Shown: one piece after another, positions 48,070-61,121 of the stretch
Layout: every line of letters begins with the position of its first letter
Numbering within the stretch: the first letter of the stretch is position 1
From: Squalus acanthias
Taxonomy: Eukaryota
NCBI GenBank assembly: GCA_030390025.1
Contig: CM059431.1
Coordinates: 102,116,001-102,180,000 of the forward strand
DNA: 64,000 bases
Direction of reading: 5' to 3'
Notes under the pieces: model-generated
Seen by the model: only the letters and a program-made list of their open reading frames with translations
What the model was told of the DNA's origin: nothing
Database searches by the model: none
Program-made: the position numbers and the translations under genes

Positions 48070-48675
48070 TAACAAAAGCTTGTCTTTTATGGCGCCTTTA
48101 ACATACTAAAACGTCCCAAGGCGCTTCACAGGAGCGTTATCAAACAAAATTCGTCACCGAGTCACATAAGCAGATATTAGGGCAGGTGACCAAAAGCTTA
48201 GTCAAAGAGGTAGGTTTTAAGGAGGAGAGAGAGGTAGAGAGGCGGCGAGGTTTAGGGAGGGAATTCCAGAGCTTAGGGCCCAGGCAGCCGAAGGCACGGC
48301 CACCAATGGCAGAGCGATGAAAATCAAGGATGCTCAAGAGGTCAGAATTGGAGGAGCGCAGAGATCTCGGGGGGTTGTAGGGCTGGAGAAGGTTACAGAG
48401 TTAGGGAGGGGCGAGGCAATGGAGGGATTTCAACACAAGGATGAGAATTTTGAAATCGAGGCGCTGCTTAACCGGGAGCCAGTGTAGGTCAGCGAGCACA
48501 GGGGGTGATGGGTGAACGGAACTTGGTGCGAGTTAGGACACGGGCAGCCGAGTTTTGGATGACCTCAAGTTTATGTAGGGTGGAAGATGGGAGGCCGGCC
48601 AGGAGAGCGTTGGAATAGTCAAGTCTGGAGGTAACAAAGGCATGAATGAGGGTTTCAGCAGCAGATAATCTGAGG
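48070..48675 (-). mobile_element. L2 LINE 3' fragment
   Basis: AETLIHAFVTSRLDYSNALLAGLP..IQNSAARVLTR. Confidence 0.9.
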
Positions 48676-49541
48676 CCATATAAACTTTTAGTAACTCCAA
48701 CACAAGCCATAGTACAATGTCAGAAAGGAAATGAAGTTCTCACTATGGCAAGAATCAACATGATTGAAGCAGGATGAGCTTCTAACAACTATTGCTGACT
48801 AATGCAACATATAGTTTCCATAGAGGTTTGCGTATTCCCAGTCAAACATTGTTTGGTGCAGAATTTCTAGACTTTGTTTTTGGAAGTTATATTTATCTAA
48901 TCTAGTACGTACCAAATGTACCTCATTAATTCATGAAAAATAAAATATATCCCTCTTATGTACTTACCCGAATTCAATAAATCCCTGAAATGCATTGTAA
49001 CAGAATTGTTCAATTTTCTATGTTAAAATAAAATACAAATCACAGCACAGGAGGAGGCCATTCGGCCCATCGTGCCTGTGCCGGCTCTTTGAAAGAGCGA
49101 GCTCTCCAATTAGTCCCACTCCCTGCTCTTTCCCCATAGCCCTGCAAATCTTTCCCTTCAAGTATTTATCCAATTCCCCTTTTGAAAGTTACTATTGAAT
49201 CTGCTTCCTTTTAGGCAGCGCATTCCAGATCACAACAACTCGCTGCGTTAAAAAAATTCTCCTCATCTCCCCCTCTGGTTCTTTTGGCAATTACCTTAAA
49301 TCCGTTTAAATTAATTTAAATCTCAAATTTCAAGCCAAAAGAAATTGGATTACAAGCATCCAAAATAAACATTTGATTTGTAACGCTACAATTCATTGGC
49401 GTAGTTTAGTCGAAGTGCCCTTGGCTCAAATACAGTGGATGTCAGATTTGAAATGAGATTTCTGGCAGTGTATTGTCATCGCTATCACAGCTGTGACATT
49501 GCTTGGCTGCTGGGACTGCAGCGGGGTAATTGCTCCCATAC

Positions 49542-49729
49542 CTTTCTCCTCATTTCCTCCTCATCGTCAGTCTTGACGCAGGCTGCGTCTGTCAACAGTG
49601 GAGTCATCAATGGCGAGTGCTGTTTGCCGTCTGGGCTCAGGCTGGGAGACAGGGAGAGGTTCTGAACACCGGGACCACTTTGCGAATTCAGCGAGAGTTC
49701 CGACACATGAGGGCTGCACGCCAGGGAAC
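49542..49729 (-). CDS. FARP1: FARP1 coding exon (Ser/Pro-rich linker; about exon 14 by human numbering)
   Basis: ttgttccag|GT TCC...AGA AAG|gtatgg; 188 nt, phase 1 to 0; SLACSPHVSELSLNSQSGPGVQNLSLSPSLSPDGKQHSPLMTPLLTDAACVKTDDEEEMRRK. Confidence 0.92.
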
Positions 49730-51634
49730 CTGGAACAAGCAGAGGAATTCACGTTACACTTTCAAGCCCCCCCCAGGCACAAGCAGAGATTCACAATGTT
49801 ATTGACGGGAAGATAAACAAAAAAGTAGAAATATAATAATTCCACGCTCTACTTTTATGTCATGAAAGCAACCAAATATCAAATTGTTCTATAGATTAAC
49901 TTAGTATCAAGAAACAGAATTAAAGAGAGAGAGAGAGAGGGGTAGAAAAATGTATCTACACATCGGGTGGTCAGAATGTGGAATTGTCAGACACAAACCA
50001 TTCCTGACACATGAGGTCATAAATTCTTTCAGAAGGGGATTAAGTAGTTGCTTGATAAAAAAAAATAAAGAGTTGATTAAAAGGGAGGGGGGGGGGGGCG
50101 CGCAAGAGAGTGGGATTAGTCAAGGGGGCTTATGTGGAGAAAAACCATCAGCACCAATCAATGTGATGGGCTGAATGGCCTGTTTTTGTGCTGTGACATT
50201 CTATGGTAAAGAGTCTTACAAGACATCTACAACTTAAAACACCCTCTTGCAGGTTCACTGGCTGTCTTGAGGGGATTTTGGGTGTTAAAGGCAGATTCAA
50301 TTCTGTTATGGTCACGAAGATGTGAATGTTGCCCACGATATGATTTTCCCTTTTATTGCACAAATGAAAAGCAGGAAGAAGCCTGACTGTGGGTGTGTGA
50401 ATACTGCACTCCAATTATTGCTTAATTTGGCAGGCATATGTAAAATGTCACTAATGATTCTTCGGCAATGTGCAATGAAGGCGAGCAGGAATAATGCAAG
50501 ATTAACAGAAGCACATCAGATTCCTGAAGACATCATCTGTGCTGTGCCAGGATAATGGAATTAGAGATTGCCATGGCAACATGACAGAAATGACAGCCCG
50601 ACCTCTCGGATTGGGGGCAGTATATTCGTTGGGAGGGAAATGCTATCGGTCTTCAGGAATAGGTCCTGATTCAAGGGCACCTCGATTCTAATTCTGGTTA
50701 CTCTATGATTTACAATTGAGATTGAACAATTGAACTGTTCAAAGTTTGTGCGTGGGGGCGCGCGTGAGGGGGCGGGGGTGTGAGTGTACGTGAGCGTTTG
50801 ATGGTGTCTGCGTGCGTGTGTATGTGGTTATGCGAGTGCGCGAGTGAGGGTGTATGTGAGCGTTTTGTGTGCGCACGTGTATGATGAGGAGTTTCTTTAA
50901 TCCCACGAATAACGAAAGACCGATCGTCCACATTACATTAGAAGTGCAGAAGTTCTTTAAAAGCCTCCTGCCAACAGTACGAGTTCAAACCCAGCCGGGA
51001 GCTGGATCTACTGGAGCTTGCACTGAGCAGCAGGGTGAGACTAGTACCAGACTGCAGTAATATCCCAGAGCATTTCTACGAGGAAGGCTGATGGGGAAAA
51101 AATAATTGCAGAACCTCTTGTTCTTGTTCTTCTAAAAAGAGACGCCAGTAACAATATAATACCCCAGACACAAGAAGCTTTAAATGATGACCATTGCATA
51201 TTATAATGAGACTCCGCTAGTAATTTGTCAACGTATTAACACTAAATTAACAGAAGTGGCAACTCTTGGGCTGGAGGGAGAGAGAGAGAGAGAAAGCTCA
51301 TTCGGCTCCCCTCCCCCGGCACACACACACACACACTGAATGGGACCGAGGTGTTTGCGACACATAAATTTAAATTCCCACTGGGGATGACAACGTCTCC
51401 CTTTTAATATTCAATTATTAAGTCAAACTCCTCCTTACCTTATTCTATCTCACGCGGTCTTGGTTCAGCTCATGTTTAACTGGTACTAGAGTACCAGCTG
51501 GAAAATTAAAGTACCAGCGTTGCTTGTAAGAAAGGACGAACTTGCATTTCTACAGCACCTTTCACGACCTCAGGACGTCCCAAAGCGCTTTACAGCCAAT
51601 GAAGTACTTTTGAAGCGTGGTCACTCTTGTAACG

Positions 51635-52158
51635 TTCTCCTGGCCGGCCTCCCACGTTACACCCTCCATAAACTTGAGGTCATCCAAAACTCGGCTGCCC
51701 GTGTCCTAACTCGCACCAAGTTCCGTTCACCCATCTCCCCTGTGCTCGCTGACCTACATTGACTCCCGGTCCAGCAACGCCTCGATTTCAAAATTCTCAT
51801 CCTTGTTTTCAAATCCCACCATGGACTTGCCCCTCCCTATCTCTGTAATCTCCTTCAGCCCCACAACCCCCCCCCCCCCCGACCCCGAGATATCTGCGCT
51901 CCTCCAATTCTGCCCTCTTGTTCATCCACGATTTTCATCGCCCCACCATTGGCGGTCGTGTATTAAACCTCTCCACCTCTTTCCTCCTTTAAGGCGCTCC
52001 ATAAAACCTACCTCTCTGACCAAGCTTTTGGGTCACCTGTCCTAGTATCTCCTTATGTGGCTCAGTGTCAAATTTTGTTTAATAATCGCTCCTGTGAAGC
52101 GCCCTGGGGACGTTTTACTACGTTAAAGGCGCTATATAAATGCAAGTTGTTGTTGTTG
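51635..52158 (+). mobile_element. L2 LINE 3' fragment (preceded by a minus-strand SINE tail at 51535-51632)
   Basis: LLAGLP..KLEVIQNSAARVLTR; L2 tail. Confidence 0.85.
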
Positions 52159-52814
52159 TCGGAAACCATGCCAAGCAGTTGTGTCCCTGTGCCAACACTA
52201 CCCACCAAGGCCATCATTACTCAAGCTGGTGTACGATGGACCGGAAGTTAATCACGGCCAACATGGTACCAGAAACGGTGCAGTTCACTACACGGAGACC
52301 AACTTTATTAACACTAACGTATGCTCACATACACTGTGATTAAAAATAATGGAAACCCTCTGTGCGGAACAGCAAAAAAACAATGTTTAATTTGTTCTGA
52401 TCTCAAAATCTGGTGATGCGGGACTGGGGAACAACACACACTATAACAAGAAAGTCACACATGATAAATCTGTGCAACTGAACGACATCTGGTACCAACA
52501 CTGTCACACCGACAGTAAAGAGGATTCAGTTGTACATTCACAGAGTTCTTTAGGTGCGATTTGGAACAAAATGCTTACATTTCTGGCTTAAGCAGTATTT
52601 CAAACTCCTGATGCCTGCTTCGTTGATGAGAAAGGCAGAAATGCAATCATTAATGCTTGACAGATAATAAATACTAACCAGGCATGTTTATGGGGCCCAC
52701 ATAGGCAGTGGTAGGTTTAAACCGGTTGCACATAAATGCACAAAGTATTCTGAATAAAATCGGTCTATCAGAAGCTCAAATTGATATGGGAGGCATGATA
52801 TTATGGCATTTATA

Positions 52815-54243
52815 CTATTTAAGAAAGGAGGGAGAGAGAAAACGGGGAACTACAGACCAGTTAGCCTGACATCAGTAGTAGGGAAAATGCTAGAATCTAT
52901 TATTAAGGACGTGGTAACAGGGCACTTAGAAAATAATAGGATTGGGCAGAGTCAACACGGATTTATGAAAGGGAAATCGTGTTTGACGAATCTGTTAGAG
53001 TTTTTTGAGATTGAAATTAGCAGAATAGATAAGGGGGAACCAGTGGACATGGTGTATTTGGATTTTCAGAAGGCATTCGATAAGTTGCCACACAAGAGGT
53101 TATTAAACAAAATTAGTGCTCATGGGATTGGGGGTAATATATTAGCATGGATTGAGGATTGGTTAATGGACAGAAAACAGAGAGTAGGAATAAACGGGTC
53201 ATTTTCGGGTTGGCAGGCTGTAACTAGTGGGGTATTGCAAGGATCAGTGCTTGGACCTCAGCTACTCACAATTTACATCAATGATTTGGATGAGGGGACC
53301 AAATGTAATATATCCAAGTTTGCTGATGATACAAAGCTGGGTGGGAATGTAAATTGTGAGGAGGATGCAAGGAGGCTTCAAGGGGATATAGACAGGCTAA
53401 GTGAGTGGGCAAGAACATGGCAAATGAAATATAATGTGGAGAAATGTGAAGTTATCCACTTTGGTAGGAAAAATAGAAAAGCAGAGTATTTTTTAAATGG
53501 TGAGAGATTGGGAAATGTTGGTGTTCAGAGGGACCTGGGTGTCCTTGTACACGAATCACTGAAAGTTAACATGCAGGTACAGCAAGCAATTAGGAAAGTA
53601 AATGATATGTTGGCCTTTATTACAAGAGGATTTGAGTATAAGAGTAAAGACGTCTTACTGCAATTATATAGGGCCCTGATGAGACCACACCTGGAGTATT
53701 GTGTACAGTTTTGGTCTCCTTACCTAAGGAAGGATATACTTGCCATAGAGGGAGTGCAACGAAGGTTCACCAGACTGATTCCTGGGATGGGGGGATTGTC
53801 CTATGAGGAGAGATTGAGTAGACTAGGCCTATATTCTCTCGAGTTTAGAAGAATGAGAGGTGATCTCATTGAAACGTACAAAATTCTTACAGGGCTTGAG
53901 AGGGTAGATGCAGGGAGGATGTTTCCCCTGGCTGGGGAGTCTAGAACCAGGGGTCACAGTCTCAGAATAAGGGGTCGGCCATTTAGGACTGAGATGAGGG
54001 GAAATTTCTTCACTCAGAGGGTGGTGAATCTTTGGAATTCTCTACCCCAGAGGTCTGTGGAGGCTCAGTTGTTGAGTATATTCAAGACAGAGATCGATAG
54101 ATTTTTGGATATTAAGGGAATCGCGGGATATGGAGATCGGGCGGGAAAGTGGAGATGAGGTAGAAGATCAGCCATGATCTTATTGAATGGCGGAGCAGGC
54201 TCGAGGGGCCGAATGGCCAATTCCAGCTCCTAATTCTTATGTA
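52815..54243 (+). mobile_element. 5'-truncated CR1 LINE with an uninterrupted RT-domain ORF (52803-54158)
   Basis: GNYRPVSLTS, QHGF, YLDFQKAFD, QGSVLGP, SKFADDTKL, TRGH, WNSLP; no endonuclease domain; CR1 3' UTR follows. Confidence 0.96.
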
Positions 54244-54434
54244 CTGATGCTCATAGAAGTGTGACTAAGGCAACGGCAGGTTTGGGAGCCGAACTTTTCT
54301 GGATACAAAATATTCAGAAGGGATCGAGTAGGAAAGAAGGGACGGCTGCATCATTCAAAGATTCCATTACAACATTAGAAGAGAAGAATGATCTAGGGCG
54401 GAATCTATTTGGTTAGATTTAAAGAGAAAGAAAA

Positions 54435-54881
54435 AAAAAGAAAGACTTGCATTTCTGTAGCGCATTTCACAACCTCAGGACGTCTCAAAGCGCTTTACAG
54501 CCAATGAAGTACTTTTTGAAGTGTGGTCACTGTTGTAATGTAAGAAACGCGGCAGCCAATTTGCGTACAGCAAGCTCCCACAATCCCATGTGATAATGAC
54601 CAGATAGTCTGCTGTTTTTAGTGATGTTGATTGAGGGATAAATATTGGCCAGGACACCAGGAATAACTCCCCAGCTCTTCTTCGAAACAGTGCCATGGGA
54701 TCTTTTACGTCCACCTGAGAGAGCAGACGGGGCCTCGGTTTTAATGTCTCATCTGAAAGGTGGCACCTCTGACAGTGCAGCACTCCCTCAGCACTGCACT
54801 GGGAGTGTCAGATTAAATTTTTGTGCTGGAGTGGGGACTTGAACCCACAACCTTGAGTGCTACCCACTGAGCCATGGCTGA
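54435..54881 (-). mobile_element. Deu-domain SINE
   Basis: Head, core and tail. Confidence 0.87.
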
Positions 54882-55654
54882 GACTGATATTAAAGGGAAC
54901 TGATTACATTATAGGAGTTGATTTATTGATCATAAATCAGTGGAAATGAGATCGAGGAAGAGATACATAGGCAAATTATACAGAATGGCTGACTTCAATT
55001 ACGCAAAGATAAAGTGCAGCAAAGGTAATGCAAGTAGTGGAACTGGGAATCAGTTTCTATAATGTAGCTAGGATTGCATTCTAGATCAGTGTGTTTTTAA
55101 GCCAACAAGGGAGGAGGCAGTGCTGGATCGAGGAAATGAATTAGATCAAGTAGGAAAAAGTAAAGGTCGAGGAACATCTAGTGACCATCAAATTATTAAA
55201 AGTTCAATAAATAAATTGAAAAGGAAAGGGAAGAGACATAGATTAAAGCTACACGACTGGACAAAAGCACATTTCAATGAGATAATGGGTTTGATGGAGT
55301 AAATAAGGAGAAACTGTTTCCAGTGGCAGGGGCGGTCGGTAATCGAGGACACAGATTTAAGGTAATTGGCAAAAGAACCAGAGGGGGAGATGAGGAGAAT
55401 TATTTTTTACACAGCGAGTGGTTGTGATCTGGAATGCGCTGCCTGAAAGGGCGGTGGAAGCAGATTCAATAGTAACTTTCAAAAGGGAATTCGATAAATA
55501 CTTGAAGAGGGAATATTTGCAGGACTATGGGGAAAGAGCAGGGGGGAGTGGGACTAATTGGAGAGCTCTTTCAAAGAGCCGGCACAGGCACGATGGCCCG
55601 AATGGCCTCCTTCTGTGCTGTATCATTCTACGATCCTATGAAAAAGAGAATTCA

Positions 55655-56020
55655 TAGGAACATAGGAACAGGAGGAGGCCATTCAGCCCCTCGAGCCTGT
55701 TCCGCCGCCATTCAATGAGATCATGGCTGATCTGCGACCTAACTCCATACACCCGCCTTTGGCCCATATCTCTTAATACCTTTGGTTAACAAAAAGCTAT
55801 CAATCTCAGATTTAAAATTAATTAATTTAGCATCAATTGCTGTTTGCGGAAGAGAGTTCCAAACTTCTACCACCCTTTGTGTATAGAAGTGTTTCCTAAT
55901 TTCACTCCTGAAAGGTCTGGCTCTAATTTTTAGACGATGCCCCCTCGTCCTAGACTCCCCAACCAGCGGACATAGTTTCTCTCTATCTATCCTATCTGTC
56001 CCCCTTAATATCCTGAAAAC
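55655..56020 (-). mobile_element. CR1 LINE 3' fragment
   Basis: [29 protein letters not shown]. Confidence 0.88.
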
Positions 56021-56271
56021 TTTGGTACAACTGAGTGGCTTGCTAGGCCATTTCAGAGGGCAGTTTAGAGTCAACCACATTGCTGTGGGTCTGGAGTCAC
56101 ATATAGGCCAGACCGGGTAAGGACGGCAGATTTCCTTCCCGAAAGGACATCAGTGAACCAGATGGGTTTTTATGACAATCCAGTAGATTAATGATGAAGA
56201 TGGAGATGCAATTTATCTTTGGATAATTGGAGTCAGCCATCCTGCCCAAAAGCTTGGTCAAAGAGACGTCT

Positions 56272-56709
56272 TTCACGACCTCAGGATGTCTCAAAGTGCT
56301 TTACAGCCAATTATGTACTTTTTGAAGTGTAGTCACTGTTGTAATGTAGGAAACGCGGCAGTCAATTTGCGCACAGCAAGTTCCCACAAACAGCAATGTG
56401 ATAATGACCAGGTAATCTGTTTTAGTGATGTTGGTGGAGGGAGAAATATTGGCCAGGACACCAGGGATAACTCCCCTACTCTTCTTCCAAATAGTACTGT
56501 GGGATTTTTTAAGTCCATGTGAAAGGGCAGACAGGGCCTCGGTTTAATGTTTCCTCCAAAAGACAGCACCTCTGACAGTGCAGCGCTCCCTCAGTACTGC
56601 AGTGGGAGTGTCAGCTTGGATTATGTGCTAAAGTCTCTGGAGTGGGACTTGAACCCACGACCTTCTGACTCAGAGGCGAGAGTGCTGCCCAGTGAGCCAC
56701 GGTTGACAC
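56272..56709 (-). mobile_element. Deu-domain SINE
   Basis: Head with B-box, plus core. Confidence 0.85.
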
Positions 56710-56992
56710 AAGGAGGATCTGAAAAGGTAAGGAAGGTGGAGGGGTCTAAGAAGGGAATTCCAGAGTATGGACAACAGTTAGTGGGGACAAAGGGGGAGAC
56801 GGTGGCTTTTGATAAGGTGATGCCTGAGGAGAATGAACCATTTCCAATGTCAGTTAGGAAGGGGGCCGGGAAGGAATGTTGGGTGGTCAGCAGTTCAGTG
56901 GGAAAGGGGTCACCGGTGCAAGAGGTGGGTCTCATGGGAGAGACAAGCTCAGAGAGGGCATGGGGGAGATGGGAGCAGCTAGAGATAGCGGT

Positions 56993-57380
56993 TCATTGAA
57001 GCATACAAGATTCTGAGGGGGATTGACAGGGTAGACGCTGAGAAGGTTGTTTCCCCTGGCTGGAGAGTCTAGAATGAGGGGGTGCCACAGTCTCAGGATA
57101 AGGGGTCGGCCAATTAGGACTGAGGTGAGGAGGAATTTCTTCACTCAGAGGGTTGTGAATCTTTGGAATTCTCTACCCCAAAGGGCTGTGGATGCTGAAT
57201 CGTTGAGTATATTCAAGGCTGAGATAGATAGATTTTTGGACTCTAGAGAAATGAAGGGATATGGGGATCAGGCGGGAAAGTGGAGTTGAGATCAAAGATC
57301 AGCCATGATCTTATTGAATGTAGGAGCAGGCTTGAGGGGCCATATGGCCTACTCCTGCTCCTAATTCTTATGTTCTTATG
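56993..57380 (+). mobile_element. CR1 LINE 3' fragment
   Basis: FPLAGESR..FFTQRVVNLWNSLPQ; tail ttcttatg. Confidence 0.88.
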
Positions 57381-57799
57381 CTCTCAGGGCTAGGGTAGGA
57401 GGATTCTAGGGGAAGGTTTGGCTTGATGGGCAAGGAGAATCAGCGGAGACAGCTGAATGGGTGATCACTATCATGGTGGCAAAGAAATCCATGAACTCTT
57501 CACACTTGCTGCTCGAGGTGAGGGTGGAGGCGACAAGGCAAGAAGGGTTTAAGGAGACGATTAGTAGTGAAGCAGGCAGTCAGGGATTATCTTTGTTCTT
57601 CAGGATGATCTTAGAGTAGTGGGTGATTTTGACGGGATAACAAAGCCTGGTAAAGCCTGAAACGTTAACTCTGTTTCTCTCTCCACGGACGCTGCCTGGC
57701 CTGCTGAGTTTTTCCAGCATTTTCTGTTGTTATTTCTGGTAAAGCTTCATCTGGTTTAGTCAAATCTGCAGATGCGTGTCTAACCCAGTTATGTGCCAG

Positions 57800-58380
57800 A
57801 TAGCAAGGAAGTTATGCTAAACCTTTATAAATCACTGGATAGGCCTCGGCTGGAGTATTGTCTCCAATTCTGGGCACCACATTTCAGGAAGGATGTCAAA
57901 GCCTTGGAGAGGGTGCGGAGGAGATTTACCAGAACGGTACCAGGGAGGAGGGACTTCAGTTATGTGGAGAGACTGGAGAAGCTGGGATTGTTCTCCTTAG
58001 AGTAGAGATGGTTAAGGGGAGATTTATTGGAGGTGTTCAAAATCATGATAGGTTTTGATAGAGTAAATAAGGAGAAACTGTTTCCAGTGGCAGGAGGGTC
58101 TGGAACCAGAGGACACAGATTTAAGGTAATTCAGATGAGGAGAATTTTTTTTACGCAGTGAGTTGTTGTGATCTGGAATGCGTTGCCTGGAAGGGTGGTG
58201 GAAGCAGATTCAATAATAACTTTCAAAAGGGAATTGGATAAATACTAGAAGGGGAGAAAATTGCAGGGCTCTGGGGGAAAGGGCAGGGGGAGTGCGACTA
58301 ATTGGAGAGCTCTTTCAAAGAGCTGGCACAGGCAAATGGGCCGAATGGCCTCCTTCTGTGCTGGAGGATTCTTGACTCTA
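57800..58380 (+). mobile_element. CR1 LINE 3' fragment
   Basis: SKEVMLNLYKSL..LEYCLQFWAPHFRKD. Confidence 0.88.
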
Positions 58381-59119
58381 TGCGCTGAAGTTTGCTCCTC
58401 ATGGACCTCAGGGCGTGAAAACGGGATCCATAGGGAGGGGAATGACTGGGATGGCAGACTGAGAGAGTTTTCCTGATGACAAGGGCATCAAAGGCGCAGA
58501 AGGCGTGGTTGAGCAAATGAACAGCTGCAGAGGTGCAGGGCAAATGGAGGGCTAAAGAAACAGGCAGTTCTGAGCAACTTGGGAGAGAAGCAGGTACATA
58601 AGGAATTGAGGTGGTAAGGAAAACTCAAAGTGGAAAAGGCACCAGGTCTTGGTGCTATACATCCTCGAATGCTCAGGGAGGACACGGCAGAGATCCTGAC
58701 CACAATCATTCAAACTATTTTGGATATGGAAGTTGTGCCAGAGGACTGGAGGGTTACCTCTATGAAAAATGGACAAACCAGGTTAACTATAGACCAATTA
58801 ACCCAATATTGGTAGTGAGTCCACGTCTAAAAACAATATGGGATAAAATTAATAGTCACCTGGGAAAAAAAGTTGATTTTTAACAGGCAAGTCGTGTCTG
58901 ACGAAGAGTGTTTGGCGAATATAACGGAGGCTACTGATAAAGGAAATGAAATGAGCGTTGCATATGGATTTTGAAATGGCACATGGTATTAAAGGGAACG
59001 TTGTAGCATGGAGAGGATGTTGACTCAAAGGTAGAATATAGAGAAGTGGTTAATAAATGTATTTTGGACTGGAAAGATGAAAACATCATCCAGGAGTCAG
59101 TGCTGGGCCGATTGCTTTA

Positions 59120-59570
59120 TAGAATCAGAGAATGATACAGGGTTGAAGGCCATTCGGCCCATCGTGTCTGTGTCGGCTCTTTGAAAGAGCTCTCCAATTA
59201 GTCTCACTCCCCCTGTTCTTTCCTCATAGCCCTGCAAATTTTTCCATCTTAAGTATATATCCAATTCCCTTTGGAAGGTTGCTGTTTCAGATAGTGCATG
59301 TCAGATAAAAACTCACTGAGTAAACAAAAGTTTTTCTCAACTCTCCCCTGGCTTTTTCTGCCAATTATTTCAAATCTGTGTCCTCTGGTTACCGACCCTC
59401 CTGCCAGTAGAAACAGTTTTCTCCTTATTTACTCTATCAAAACCCTTCACGATTGTGAACATCTCTATTAAATCTCCCCTTAACCTTCTCTGCTGTATGG
59501 AGAACAATCCCAGCTTCTCCAGTCTCTCCACATCACTGAAGTCCCTCAGCCCTGGAACCGTTCTGGTCAA
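59120..59570 (-). mobile_element. CR1 LINE 3' fragment
   Basis: TRTVPGLRDFS..RRLRGDLIE. Confidence 0.85.
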
Positions 59571-59737
59571 TCTGCTTTTCCATATAAATAAATGATTTGG
59601 ACTCTGGCATAAAAAGACTTACAGCCAATGAAGTGCTTTTTGAAGTGTAGTCACTGTTGTAACGTAGGGGGCAGAGTACCAGAAATTGGAATGACACAAA
59701 AATAGGGAGTGTGGTTAACTGTGAAGAGGGCTATTAT

Positions 59738-59990
59738 GAAGAAGCATCCGGGAAGGTGCCGAACACCTCGAGTCTCTTCGCCGGGAGCAAGCGGAAGCCA
59801 AGCGCAGGCAGCGGAAGGAGCGCACGTCAACCCAAGCACCCCACCCACCTGTCCCTTCAACCACCGTCTGCCCCACCTGTGACAGAGACTGTAGGTCCCG
59901 CATTGGACTCATCAGTCACCTGAGAACTCATTTTTAATGTGGAAGCAAGTCATCTTCGGTTCCGAGGGACTGCCTAAGAAGGGGAAGTAG
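59738..59990 (+). mobile_element. RTE-clade LINE 3' fragment
   Basis: ..EAKRRQRKER..CPTCDRDCRSRIGLISHLRTHF* (terminal C2H2 finger); short 3' UTR with an aag-rich end. Confidence 0.75.
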
Positions 59991-60014
59991 TATTGGCTAT
60001 ATGGACAATAGCCC

Positions 60015-60446
60015 TCTATAATGTAGCTAGGATTGCATTCTAGATCAGTGTATTTTTAATCCAACAACGCAGGAGGCAGTGCTGGATCGAGGAAATGAAT
60101 TAGATCAAGTAGGAAAAAGTAAAGGTCGAGGAACATCTAGTGACCATCAAATTATTAAAAGTTCAATAAATAAATTGAAAAGGAAAGGGAAGAGACATAG
60201 ATTAAAGCTACACGACTGGACAAAAGCACATTTCAATGAGATAATGGGTTTGATGGAGTAAATAAGGAGAAACTGTTTCCACTGGCAGGGGCGGTCGGTA
60301 ACCAGAGGACACAGATTTAAGGTCATTGGCAAAAGAACCAGAGGGGGAGATGAGGAGAATGTTTTTTACGCAGCGAGTTGTTGTGATCTGGAATGCGCTG
60401 CCTGAAAGGGCGGTGGAAGCAGATTCAATAGTAACTTTCAAAAGGG
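60015..60446 (+). repeat. Local direct duplication of 55056-55487
   Basis: Near-identical sequence at offset 4959; ORFs 55120-55302 and 60079-60261 are identical. Confidence 0.93.
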
Positions 60447-61121
60447 GAATGACCTCAGGATGTCCCAAAGTGCTTTACAGCCAATGAAGTGCTTTTTGAA
60501 GTGTGGTCACTGTTGTAACGTAGGGGGCAGAGTACCAGAAATTGGAATGACACAAAAATAGGGAGTGTGGTTAACTGCGAAGAGGGCTATTTATTGGCTA
60601 TACGGACACAGATTGCAGATTGGACAAATAGATGCCAGCTGAAGTTTAATAGAGAGAAATGTGAGACAATACATTTTGGGAGGGAGAATAGGGAGAGGAA
60701 TACACCTAAATGGCAAAACTTTAAAAGGACTCGAGGGGCACTGATTCTAGGGGTTCAGATATGCAAATCTGTATAAAATGGAAAGACAAGTTGATAAAGT
60801 TGTAAAAAAACAAAGCATACGAGACCTTAGGGTTTATGAATGGGGCACAGAGTGCAAAGCAAGGAGGTAATGCCAAACCCATACAAATCATCGATTAGGC
60901 CAGTTAGAATAGTGTGTCCCTACTTCAGGAAGGATATCGAGGCCGTGGAGAAGATAGACAGGTGATTTACTGAGATGATACCAGGCATAATATTCACTGA
61001 ATGTTCAACGGGCTGCCATACTACAGGAATCCATGAGAATATCATTGTGTAAATCCACTGTTAGGAGGAAGGAGGTGCTGGAGTCCTCTGCTTCCAGCCA
61101 TCAGAACTGCACTGACAAAAT

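Noticed and set aside
933..49729. Assignment of the exons to FARP2
   Set aside because: KAYFIAKEVSTTERTYLKDLE, RPLHRLMHY, ESEDDLSASRTSLERQ and the linker exon match my recollection of FARP1 better; a paralogue tree would confirm.
51430..51480. Strong minus-strand donor AAG|GTAAGG with a nearby ATG, a possible alternative first exon
   Set aside because: The ATG is followed almost at once by TGA, and a lone donor motif cannot be supported without transcript data.
52803..54158. 451-aa RT ORF as a host gene, retron or group II intron RT
   Set aside because: The motifs and 3' UTR are those of CR1 LINE ORF2, and many related fragments occur in the window.
55120..55302. Identical 60-aa ORFs at 55120 and 60079 as a duplicated small gene
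   Set aside because: They are a degenerate CR1 endonuclease remnant inside the local duplication.
61020..61112. Acceptor-like ttttattttgtcag after a SINE tail, a possible further FARP1 exon
   Set aside because: All three frames hit stops within about 70 nt, there is no FARP1 similarity and no clear donor.
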